A DNA stretch of 64,000 bases from Paragordius varius (lineage: Eukaryota > Animalia > Nematomorpha), in the NCBI GenBank assembly GCA_964247055.1, contig OZ176058.1, positions 4,588,001-4,652,000 of the forward strand, written 5' to 3'. Made by a program: the position numbers and the translations under genes. Of the stretch, positions 1 to 16,800 are shown piece by piece (position 1 is the first letter of the stretch; every line of letters begins with the position of its first letter). The notes beneath the pieces are model-generated. The model was not told where the DNA came from. It searched no databases and saw nothing but the letters and a program-made list of their open reading frames with translations.

Positions 1-449
1 TAAGGTCATAAATACATAGAAAACTAAGTAAATTTGGTTAAAAAATAATAAAAAAAATGCAAAAATATAGTTAAAGGACCAATTTTAAGTAAAGGACATT
101 CTTGAAGTAAATGGTATAAATAAAATATTTAATAAATAAAAAAAAATAAATAAAATTAAAACAATTTTAGATAACTTATAAAAAATATCTCTTTTAGAAA
201 ATATGTGTAAAAAATAAAAAAATAATTTAAATTTATAAAATAATATTTTTCCACTAAAATGATAAAATTTCAATAATTATTAATCTAATATTTTTTAAAA
301 CAACCTATTAAAAGATTATTTTCTATTAGTTATGATTTATTATTATACTTAAAAAAATATGTAAAGAAAAATATTAAATTATAAATAATTTAAAAAAGTA
401 AATTAAATTGAATAAATAAAATTAATTTTAAAAAAATAAAAAATAATAC

Positions 450-4840
<4,391 letters not shown>

Positions 4841-5009
4841 GCTGAGTTAAATTTAAAAAGGCTTTTTCAGCTGATAAAATCTAATTAACATATTTATAAC
4901 CTTGCGGGGTAATTTAATCTCTACGGCCTTTTAATATTTAAAAATTGTAAAAAATATAAGCATTATGCTTTATCTAAAAGTTTATTTGATTTTTTGACTT
5001 TTTTGTCCC

Positions 5010-5230
5010 CGATGACATATTGGGGTAGTTTTATATCCCAAACTCAATCTTGTAATTAAATATACTTTCGAGGATTATTTTAATTAAAAATTAATAATCA
5101 AACATTGTTCTCCTATATTATATAAATAAGCTTATATTTTAATGTGTTTCTAGACTTTAAAAATGGGACAGCTCTAAAACAATATTGAAATAAACAGCTC
5201 ATTTTAATAATAAATATCAATTTTTGTTAT
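5010..5230 (-). mobile_element. Possible heavily decayed fragment of the piggyBac-like family
   Basis: TTGGGGTAGTTTTATATCCCA and ATTATATAAATAAGC at the expected spacing; weak. Confidence 0.35.
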
Positions 5231-6306
5231 TAAATAACATGGGTGTTGAGGGTAATTATTTTTTAGAAACAAAATTTATTTATTGTGTAATGACGAATAA
5301 AAAAATGACTTGGTAAAAAATTGAGTATAAATTTGTTTACAATTTGACATTTTTTTAAGAATAATTTTCTAAGCTTGTGCCAAAGTTCGAAGCCTATAAA
5401 AAAATTGGTTAAGATTTTTTTCTAATCGCTCAATATTTTAAAACGAATTCCCTAAATGCATGTAAGTTAAAAATATGCTTAAGTTATTCCTTTAAATCGC
5501 ATATGATACAAAATAATTTTAAAGAAAAATTAAACGAAAATTATTCAATTTTTTTAATTTATTATCATGGTGATATCACGCAAATAACTTTAAAAAGATT
5601 TAGATTACAATTTGCCAAATTAAAAATTATTGATCTTAATATCAGTTGTCCGCTTTAATCGTATAGATTTGGAAAAATTTTAAGTTTTTTATCTAATACA
5701 TGGGGAGTGTTATTGAATTTTGATCATAACAACTTATAAGACAGTACATATTTTACTACTTTAATATATGTGGTCGAAAACTACCACTAATTCTCATCTA
5801 GGACAAAAAAAGAAAATGTAATATAGTGATAAAACCTATATTATAAACTTAGTGATTGGTATAATAAAATATAATTTTCAAAGCTTAAATTAGGAACTTA
5901 GGGGTCTTAAAATATGTGTTTGTTGTCTACGTGGAAATTTTTATATCATATCGGTAGACAATGTATCGCTTTAATTTTGCGTTTATCAAAAATATTTATT
6001 TAGAATAATATAGTATTTTTGCTACTTTTTATAAACTTACTAGCTGGCCCTCTCACACTTCGCTGTGTCGTTGTTAGTTATTCTAATAAAATGCAAATAG
6101 AAAGAAATAATAAAATCTAACCATATTTTAACAATAAGTTTTACCATATTACAAAAAATTAAGCCAAAAAATAATCTGGATTTTATAGGAGCATTTGAGA
6201 TTTTTTAGCATAAATATTTATTTAAAAATGGCAGCTATTTAAAGGGGGAATTTAAAACAGCACTAATCTGAATATATAGCAAATAATGCCTTTATCTAGA
6301 TTTTAA

Positions 6307-6889
6307 CACTTGGATGGATACAACACACTCATTTTAGTCCATCGATTCAAATTGGGGTAATTGGATACCCCAGGCCTGTTTAAAATCAAATACTTTATAA
6401 GGTATGGAAGGAATTAAAACCATGGCAAAATTTTGCACTTATATAACATAAATAAACCGAAATATATAAAAAAATGTATTCAAAATACTTGATATTACTT
6501 ATTATGAGCTAAAACTGAAAGGTAAAAATTTCGTCAACGTGACATATGTCAAATTTTAAAATTAAAAAATAATACAAAATAAACCGCTTTTTCTATTTCC
6601 TCAATATTAGATGTAATTTATAAATAAAATTAGCTTTAGTTTTACCATTAAAATTAAATGAAAACGAGATTTTGCAAAAATTTTGTGAAATAAAAATGGC
6701 GTCGAAGTTGTTTGACATGGAATTTTTTTTTCAAAAACAAAATTTTCTATAGATATTTTGGCATATTTATATAATTTTTTATAAAGACAAAAGCATAAAT
6801 TTAAATTGAAACCGTTTCCTTCAATTATTTTAAAATAATGACTCAAATTTAGTCGGGGGTATTTAGATACCCCAATTTGAATCGAGGTA
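6307..6889 (+). mobile_element. Non-autonomous piggyBac-like element (583 bp)
   Basis: TTAA on both sides; asymmetric ends (short terminal repeat, about 27-bp spacer on one side only, then the internal inverted repeat TCGATTCAAATTGGGGTA..ATACCCC); no ORF. Confidence 0.75.
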
Positions 6890-6970
6890 TTAAAGATGTT
6901 TGCTTGTCAGTGGGAAAAAGGGGATTATCATATGTACAGATAGGAATTTGGATATATTTTGAAATATATA

Positions 6971-7235
6971 CAGTAACAGTTGAAATTATACTATGGACAA
7001 AACAAGTAAAAATGTAAAGACAGATGTTTTTTTTCAAAAGACAACTCCATACTTTTTTATAATCTTATTTTTCTCATATAAATTATATAACTACAATAAT
7101 AATTTATATAATTGCTTGTTTTACCGATCTACATATCGTTTTCATTTTCATACTTTGCAGTTTAAAACCATAGTTATATTTAAATAAATCAAAATTGAAA
7201 AAGTATGTGGGTTGTATTTTGAAAAAATATTGTTA
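6971..7235. mobile_element. Family-A MITE with truncated right arm
   Basis: TA|CAGTAACAGTTGAAATTATA left arm, family-A internal sequence, partial AAAAGTATGTGGGTTGT right arm. Confidence 0.65.
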
Positions 7236-7351
7236 AAATAAAAATTAGATTGATTTAGGATTAAGATATTAATAATGTGGTAAAATAGATTAAAATAGTT
7301 ATAAAAAACATTTTTGTTATAAAATTAACGAGTAAATTTAAATTATTAATA

Positions 7352-7599
7352 CAGAATAATTGAACTTATAAGGACAAAACGTGAAAATATAAAGAAATAT
7401 GTTTTTCTAAAAGACAACCATACTTTTTAATCATGATTTATTTCAATATATTACATATTACTGATACAATAAAATCTTTATTTTAAAGTAACTAAGTACT
7501 TATATGAGAAACATTAAGGTTTTAAAAAATATTGTCTTTTAGTAAAAAATATTTGTTCTTATATTTTTACGTTTTGTCCGTATAATTTCAATTTTATTG
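7352..7599. mobile_element. Family-A MITE, diverged
   Basis: Both arms recognisable (AAGGACAAAACGTGAAAATAT ... ATATTTTTACGTTTTGTCCGTATAATTTCAATTT), TA-flanked. Confidence 0.8.
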
Positions 7600-8329
7600 T
7601 AAATTAGTTATCTAATAACATAAATATGGTATAATATAATTTAAATTTTAAAACACTACTTTTTCATATCTATATAATGTTTTAAATTCGAAGGTAGTTG
7701 TCTGTATATATTAAAAATATGTTGTATTTAATATTATTATATAAAAAGTTGTTTTTAGTTATAAGAATATCAAATTTGTTTATGGCCGGTTAAAATTTTA
7801 GAGAAATAATAATATAGTAAGAATCAATTGATTTAAATAGATTCAAAGAATAAAATTAAAAATATGTGAAAATATTAAACACGAAAAAAATCAAATTACA
7901 CTCTGTTTTTAGTTTAAGATTAAATAAAAAGTGCCCATAGCTAATAAAGAAATATTGAATAATTCATTGTTTAATCATTATTAACTATTTGCCTAAATTC
8001 AACACAAAACTGATTTATTATGTATGAGAATCGAAATTACAGATAGCAAACTAATAATTAAATATTTGTCTAGAGATATCCTTATTCTAAAAACATTGAA
8101 ATTATTTATAACTATTGTTTATTTCACTTAATTAAATTTGCTTGGGTTGTTTAGACGAAAAAGTTCATTCTTTACGTTATTGATATACCATTTATTATTA
8201 CAGTAAATGTTTTGTTGTGCGTACAATGATTAGAATGAGGTGTGTGTATATGTGCAAAAAAATAGTAAAAACTAATTTTTTCAAAAAAATTAAATATTGT
8301 GCCCATTACTTTCCACCAAATACATGACA

Positions 8330-8410
8330 CAGTAAAAATTGAATTTACACAAGGACAAAATGTAAAAATTAAAGGACAAAGATTTTTTTAAAGAAGACAA
8401 CCATATTTTT
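8330..8410. mobile_element. Solo left arm of a family-A MITE
   Basis: CAGTAAAAATTGAATTTACACAAGGACAAAATGTAAAAATTAAAGGACAAA...GACAACCATATTTTT. Confidence 0.7.
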
Positions 8411-8421
8411 TCTCTATTTTA

Positions 8422-8595
8422 CAGTAAACATTGGTTGCTTATTTCACACCTATAGCAGAATAATTTGCAACACAGAGTAGTGTGGCGAAAAAAAAGAAAG
8501 GAAAAGATTTTTATTCAATGTTTTGTTGTTTTTTCCAAACACTAGTGTGTGTTGAAACTATAGTGTGAAATAAGCAACTATTAAAAAGCATACTG
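8422..8595. mobile_element. Small MITE-like element
   Basis: Inverted pair GTTGCTTATTTCACACCTATAG (8434-8455) / CTATAGTGTGAAATAAGCAAC (8558-8578) inside CAGT...ACTG ends. Confidence 0.55.
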
Positions 8596-9144
8596 TTGTA
8601 TATATGAACTTATCGTTTGGGGTTTGCAGACAGACGATAAAGGAATATAAATGTAAATTAGTAATGCACAGTCAATTTTATATATTATATGGAAAAAATT
8701 AAGGAATTATCAAAAAGTATGGATGGCTTTCTATTTTTTTGGAAATAGAATAAATTCTGTTAATTTTTGCAAATATAATGGAAAAAATATAGAAAGAATA
8801 CGACGGAAGTTGTTTTTAATATTATCACCATAGATAAAAATAATAAATATTATATACATGTCATGTAATGTGGTTTGTGGTCAAAATTTGTTCATTTCAA
8901 TCAATTGAGCTTCATTAAAAATGCCTTCTATTGAGGGGTGAAAAGACACAATAAGGCATGGAAGATATATATTTTTGTAAAGATTGAAATTAAACAGACA
9001 AAATGTGTGTAAAGACATAAAAGACAACCATATTTGAAAACCAAAATTGTAGGAAAAATTTAGGTCTTAAGCAATGTATATCTGTCTTGATGCTGTGTCT
9101 GTAGTCTGTAAAGATATTTTAAATATATTTGTTTTGAGATGTTT

Positions 9145-9253
9145 TTATTTTTCGTGAGAAGACTTTGTATAATAAAAGAGAAAAAATGCCACGAGAGCTC
9201 CAATCAAACCCAAACCCAAAAGTGCAATCAAAGGCAAATTTATGTCTTTAGAC
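9145..9253 (-). CDS. CYB5: Cytochrome b5 exon 5, transmembrane tail (109 bp)
   Basis: TTTTCAG acceptor, phase 2; hydrophobic [23 protein letters not shown], short polar tail, TAA at 9147-9145. Confidence 0.85.
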
Positions 9254-10767
9254 CTGAAAATTAAAATATGAAATATATATATACAGTAGCATATGGTAAA
9301 AAATAGAAAGTTACAGTAAAAATTATTCTTATACAGACAAAACGTAAAAATTTAAGACAAATATTTTTTGAAAAGACAACCATATTTTTTAAATCATGAT
9401 TTTTATAAATATAACGGATTAATTAAAAACTGCAAAGTATTTAATAGTGTAATTTGGTAAAACAATCAATTATGTATTTTACAATTGTAATTAAATTATT
9501 TTTATGAGGTAAATTAAGGTTAGAAAAGTATAGTTATCTTGTGAACAAAAAATTGTCGTTATATTTTTACACTTTGTCCGTATAATTTTAAAATTTACTG
9601 TAAATATAAACAATTTTTCCCTATTTTTTTTACATTATTTATTAAAATGATCTCCTAAAAAATACGTATGAGCTTATTTATATATATATATATATGTATA
9701 AATAATTTATCTTATAAATATTTTAAAGCAAAACGTGAAATCTAAAAGGCAAATATTATATTGACTAAAAACAAAAAACTTTACTTTTTAAAACTTGATT
9801 TTTCAAAAAGTCTGACTGTTAAAAGATATATTTCGTCTGTATATTATATGATTTTATTGTAATTTAACATTAAAACTAATCATAAATTTCACTTTTTTAT
9901 ATATATATCCTTAAAATTTTATAAACAAAACGTAAAAAAAACTAATGTAAAGGAAAATAATTTTTGGCATAAAAGACATCCATACTTTTTTAAACTTAAA
10001 GTCATGATTGTTGATTGTTTTATATGGCAAAGTGTGAAATAGAGATGTATAAATATACCATTTACAGTTCAAATTCACCCTTAAACAATTCAAATTCACC
10101 CTTGAACAATTCAAATTCCCATTCGAACAATTCAAATTCATCCTAAAATAAATTATGTGTTTTTTAATTATATACTACCTATACTTTTTTATATTTTTGA
10201 AAAAAGAAATTTTGTATGTAATCAAAATAATACTGAAAAAATAATAAACTTTGCCATAAAAATATATTTTTTAATAATGAGTTATATTAGACCGAAATTT
10301 CATAATTTATTTTTAGGGAGAATTTGAATTGCTCGAGGGTGAATTTAAATTGTTTAAAGGTGAATTTGAACTGTAAATGGTATATTTTAAGCACTATAGT
10401 TTTCGAAAATTTTTTAAATTTTTTTTATGAAAATCGATATCTATAATAAAAATTCTTAAGCCCCCCTTCCCCCTTTCAAAAAACATTCAAGATAAAAAAT
10501 GTAAGAAAAAATTTACTTGTTAGTAGATTTTGATTTTTGTGTTTTCGTTGAGCTGGTTGGTTTATTTTTAACAATCCGATCTTCCTATATCATATATGAA
10601 ATAAAATAAAAAAAAAATTTTTATATAAAATAAAATTTATATAAAAAAAATATATATATATATAATTTATATATATAAATTTTTTTTAAATATTTTAATA
10701 AAAAAAATATCATATAAAATAATATTTATAAAATAAAAAATATTACAGTAAAATAGCAATATTTTTT

Positions 10768-10804
<37 letters not shown>

Positions 10805-13800
10805 AAAAAATTATAAATTGTCGATTATTTGATGAGAAAAAAATTAGAATATATTTGTCTTTAAGCTTTTTTTAACATACAATCATGTTTAAACAAAAAA
10901 TTTAAATCTTTTTTTGCAATATATATATATATATATATATATAGATATATATATATAAATTTAATAAAAATTATCATATTAAAAAAACTATCAAACCATA
11001 AATTTATTAAATTTTTAAAAATCAATCAAAATTGAATTATAACAAAAACATTTTGCTAATTTTTATACAGTAAAAATTGAATTATAAGGAAGAACAAATT
11101 GTAAAAATATAAAGACAAATTTTTTTTTTAAAAAAACAAAGCCCCACGCTTTTTTAAACCTTAATTTATCTTTTTATAAAAAAAATTACAATAAAATATA
11201 TAATTGATTGATTGTTACCAATTTACATTTCTATATTAATTTTATACTTTGTAGTTTAAAACAATGAGTTATGTTATATTTAAAAAAATCAAGATTAAAA
11301 AGTATGTTTGTCTTTTAGATAAATATATTTGTCTTTATATTTTTACGTGTTGTCCTTCAGTAAAATTTCAATTTTTACTGTAAATGCCATTAAAATCATT
11401 ATTTTTTTTGAAAAAAATTAACTATTATTCATCTTCTATTAAAATTAAATTTCAAATTTTTCCTAATGTGTTGTAAAAAAAATATCATTTTTCTGAAAAA
11501 AAAACAATCCAAATAAAAAAAATAATTTCCATTTTAAATAAAATACTAATTTTAATTGCCATAAAATCTTTTTTTTAAATATCATCAATTTTTTTAATTT
11601 TTTTTTAATTAAATTAAAAATAACTAATTAAATTGAAAAAAATTTCCATTTTTATAAAAAAAAATTCCAATTTAAAATTTCCTGAAAAAATTTATAAAAA
11701 ACTATCAATATTTTTTAAAGTAATCCTAAAAATCAAACTTTTATAAAAAATAACCATTTTAATTCCCCTAAAATCAAATTATTTTTATACAAAAATTAAT
11801 AATTTTAATATTTTTCTATTATTTTATAAAAATATCCAATTTTTAATTCCATTGAATATGATTTTTCATATTTTTTAATTAATTGATAAAAAAAAGTTAA
11901 CCAATTTCAATTATCTTAAATTCCATGTTTTTTTATTATTTTCTTGAAAAAAATCTAATTTTTTTTTAATAAAAAAGTTAACCAATTCAAATTTATATTT
12001 TTTTAATTTTTCTTAAAAAATCTAAATTTTTTTATAAAAAAGCCAACCAATTTAATTCGGCTAAAATCAAAATTTTTTTATGAAAAAATTTAACCATTTT
12101 TAATTCTCTTTAAAATCTAATATTTTCTTATAAAAATTTTAATTTTTTTCATAATTCCAAAATTAAAAAAATCAATTTTAATTATATTTAAAAACAACGT
12201 TTTTTTTTAATTTTTTTTAAAAAAATCAAATTTTTTACAATAATAACCAATTATATTAAATTCCAGGTTTTTTTATAATTTTTAATTACCTTTAAAATCT
12301 AATTTGTCTTAAAAAAATCAAAAAATTTTTACAATAATAACCAATTATATTACAATTTTTTTAATAATTTTAAAAAAATAAAAAACCAATTTTAATTCCT
12401 TTTAAAATCCCTATTATTTATATTTTTCAAAAAAAAGTTTTTCAAAAAAATTCAAAAACCAAATCCACGTTTTTTATAAATTTTTCTTAAAAAAATTACT
12501 TTAAAAATCAATTTTCTAAAAAAAATTCAAAAACCAATTTTAATTATATTTAAAAACAACGTTTTTTTTAAATTTCTAAAAAAATCAATTTTTTTACAAT
12601 AATAACCAATTATATAAAATTCCAGGTTTTTTTATAATTTTTAATTCCCTTTAAAATCTAATTTGTCTTAAAAAAATCAAATTTTTTTCACAATAATAAC
12701 CAATTATATTAAATTCCAATTTTTTTAATAATTTAAAAAAAAATAAAAAACCAATTTTAATTCCTTTTAAAATCCACTTTATTTATAAAAAATCAATTTT
12801 TTTTTAAAAAAATAGTTAACCAAATTTAATTTCCTTTAAACACAAATTTTATTTTATAAAAAAAAGTAACTATTTTTAAACCCTTTAAATTCCACGTTTT
12901 TTAATTTTTTTATAGTTCTAAAAAAATTAAAAAACCAATTTTAATTTTCTTTAAAATCCACGTTTTTTCTTAAATTTTATCTAAATCTATTTTTCTTTAT
13001 AAAAAAATAGGTTAACCAATTTATATTCCTTTTGAAATCCATATTATTAAAATATAAAAAACCATTTTTAATTCCCTATAAAATCAAATTTTTTCTCAAA
13101 AAAATCTTTTTTATAGAAAAAAATAGGTTAATCAATTTTAGTTCCTTTTAAAAACCATATTATTTATATTTTTTGAAATCCATTTTTTTTTCAAATTTAA
13201 TTTAAAATAATTTCAATTTTTTTGAAAAAAATTGCTTCCAAAATCATTTTTTTAATTCTAAAAAGATTATCCAATTTTATTAAAATCCATTTTTTTTAAT
13301 TTTAAAGAGAAACCAATTTAAATTCTTTTTAAAAACCATATTATTTATATTTTTTTAAAAAAATTATTTTTTTCTCAAATTTAATTTAAGATAATATCAA
13401 TTTTTTGAAAAAAAAATTAAAAAAACCAATTTTAATTCCCTTTAAAAACACCTTTTTTTAAATTTTTCTTAAAAAATCAAATTTTTTACAATAGTAACCA
13501 TTTATATTAATGTCCACGTTTTTTTTTTTATAATTTTTTCTTAAAATTACTTTAAAAATTAAATTTATTTAATAATTTTAAAAAAATAAATAACCAATTT
13601 TAATTCCCTTTAAAAACAAATTATTTTGTAAAAAAATCAAATTTCTTTAAAATAATAACCAATTATATTAAATTCCACGTTTTTTTTTAATTTTTTCTTC
13701 AAAAAATATAAGTTTTTTATAATCCTAAAAAAATTAAAAAACCAATATTAATTCCCATTAAACACAATTTTATAATTCTAAAAAAATCTATTTTTATAAT

Positions 13801-16800
13801 TCTAAAAAGATTTTCCAATTTTATTAAAAAAATCTATTTTTTTTTTCAAAAAAAAGTTAAAAAACCAATTTAAATTCTTTTTAAAAACGATATTATTTAT
13901 ATTACTTTAAATATTTTATTTTATTTTCAAAAATATCCATTTTTTTTAAAAATAATATCAATTTTTCTTAAAAAATTTCTTTAAAAAATTAATTTTTTTA
14001 TAATTCTAAAAAAGTTAAAAAACCAATATCAATTCCCCAATACAATATGTATTATAATTCTATAAAAGTTTTTTTTATAATTTTTAATAAAAACAATTTT
14101 TAAATCTTCAAAAAAATCTAATTTTTAAATTTTTTTTAATCTTAATTTTTCAAAAAATTCTAATTTTTTTTATAATTCTAAAAATTTAAAACCATTTTTT
14201 ATTTCCCTTAAAATCTATTTTTTTTAAAAATTATCCAATTTTAAATCCCTATAAAATCAAATTTTTTAAAATAATATCAATTTTTCTTAAGAAAAATTTC
14301 TTTAAAAAATTAATTTTTTTTATAATTCTAAAAAAATTAAAAAACCAATTTTAATTCCCCAATACAATATTCCTTCATCAGCTGTCTGGCATCAGCTGAG
14401 TGGCCAACATCTTCAAAATTATCTGTGGCGTCCATACCTATAAAAAATATAAATTATTAAAAATTAAAAAAATTTAAATTTATTAAAATAAAAAAAAATT
14501 ATTTAAAGTTCAAAAAATTAGAGAAAACAAAAAAATAAGAATAAAAATATAAATATATTTTAAAAGAGTTTCATCTATAAAAAAATCCTACAAAAAAAAT
14601 AATTGAATAAAATAAAAATTATTAAAAATTAAAAAAATGAAAATTTATTAAAAAAGTAAAAAAAATATTTAATAAAATATAAAATTATAAAAAAAAGTAA
14701 AAAAAATGAAAATTTATTAAAAAAAATATAGATATTTGTTTTTTAACGGCTTTTAACAACAAATATATGGCAAAAATAATTTATTTACAGTAAAAACTGA
14801 AATTATACGGACAAAACATAAACCTTTAAAGACAAATATTTTTTTCTAAAAGACAACCAACCATACTTTTTTATAAGCTATTTAGTTACAATCGTAAATT
14901 ATAAAATTGATTTTGTTAGTAATATATATATATATATATGTATATCTATATTTCATTTAGTTTATTTAAAAAGTATATATGTCTTTGAATATATCTTTAT
15001 ATTTTTACATTTTGTCCGTATAATTTCAATTTTTACTGTATAATAGGCGACACATATTTTTCTTAAACAAAAAAAAAACTAAGTTAAATTTTATAAAACT
15101 TCAATTCGTTTTAAATTAATTTATAAATGTTTTAAATTACAAATGAATGAACAAGCTATAAATTTTAAAAATTGGTGAATTCAATTATAAAAATTATAAA
15201 TTTTTATAATTATAAACAGTAAAATTTGGAATTATACGGATAATACGAAAAATATATCTAAAAGACAATTATACATTATCCAAAATATTCATTGTTTTAA
15301 AATATTGTATAATATAAAATCAATATGTGACACAATCAATTATATATAATGGTAATTATATGGTATATATATAAAAAAAATTTAAGGTTTATAAAAGTAT
15401 GGTTGTTGTTCTTTTAAAAAAAAATTTTGTCCGTATATTTTTACATTTTGTCTGTATCTTTTTACATTTTGTCTGTATCTTTTTACATTTTGTCAATAGT
15501 ATATTTTTACATTTTGTCCGTATCTTTTTACATTTTGTCAATAGTATATTTTTACATTTTGTCTGTATATTTTTACATTTTGTCAATAGTATCTTTTTAC
15601 ATTTTGTCAATAGTATATTTTTACATTTTGTCAATAGTATATTTTTACATTTTGTCAATAGTATATTTTTACATTTTGTCTGTATCTTTTTACATTTTGT
15701 CCGTATCTTTTTACATTTTGTCAATAGTATATTTTTACATTTTGTCAATTGTATATTTTTACATTTTGTCAATAGTATATTTTTACATTTTGTCCGTATA
15801 TTTTTACATTTTGTCAATAGTATATTTTTACATTTTGTCAATAGTATATTTTTACATTTTGTCTGTATCTTTTTACATTTTGTCAATAGTATATTTTTAC
15901 ATTTTGTCAATAGTATATTTTTACATTTTGTCAATAGTATATTTTTACATTTTGTCTGTATCTTTTTACATTTTGTCCGTATCTTTTTACATTTTGTCAA
16001 TAGTATATTTTTACATTTTGTCAATTGTATATTTTTACATTTTGTCAATAGTATATTTTTACATTTTGTCCGTATATTTTTACATTTTGTCAATAGTATA
16101 TTTTTACATTTTGTCAATAGTATATTTTTACATTTTGTCTGTATCTTTTTACATTTTGTCCGTATCTTTTTACATTTTGTCAATAGTATATTTTTACATT
16201 TTGTCTGTATCTTTTTACATTTTGTCCGTATCTTTTTACATTTTGTCTGTATCTTTTTACATTTTGTCTGTATCTTTTTACATTTTGTCTGTATCTTTTT
16301 ACATTTTGTCTGTATCTTTTTACATTTTGTCTGTATCTTTTTACATTTTGTCCGTATATTTTTATATTTTGTCTGTATCTTTTTACATTTTGTCTGTATC
16401 TTTTTACATTTTGTCTGTATCTTTTTACATTTTGTCTGTATCTTTTTACATTTTGTCTGTATCTTTTTACATTTTGTCTGTATCTTTTTACATTTTGTCT
16501 GTATCTTTTTACATTTTGTCTGTATCTTTTTACATTTTGTCTGTATCTTTTTACATTTTGTCTGTATCTTTTTACATTTTGTCTGTATCTTTTACATTTT
16601 GTCTGTATATTTTTACATTTTGTCCGTATATTTTTATATTTTGTCTGTATCTTTTTACATTTTGTCTGTATCTTTTTACATTTTGTCTGTATCTTTTTAC
16701 ATTTTGTCCGTATATTTTTATATTTTGTCTGTATCTTTTTACATTTTGTCTGTATCTTTTTACATTTTGTCTGTATCTTTTTACATTTTGTCTGTATCTT

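Noticed and set aside
60-130. Possible DPM1 exon 6
   Set aside because: No frame gives the expected D-I-V-x-G-T/S-R-Y motif; exon 6 probably lies beyond the window edge.
6038-6070. TACTAGCTGGCCC resembling a Helitron-type terminus
   Set aside because: Single occurrence, and no matching hairpin or other end was found.
6607-10141. ORFs 6607-6846, 6849-7037, 6993-7187 and 9911-10141
   Set aside because: They fall within or across non-autonomous elements, show no transposase motifs, and the 9911 ORF just translates the 21-bp subrepeats.
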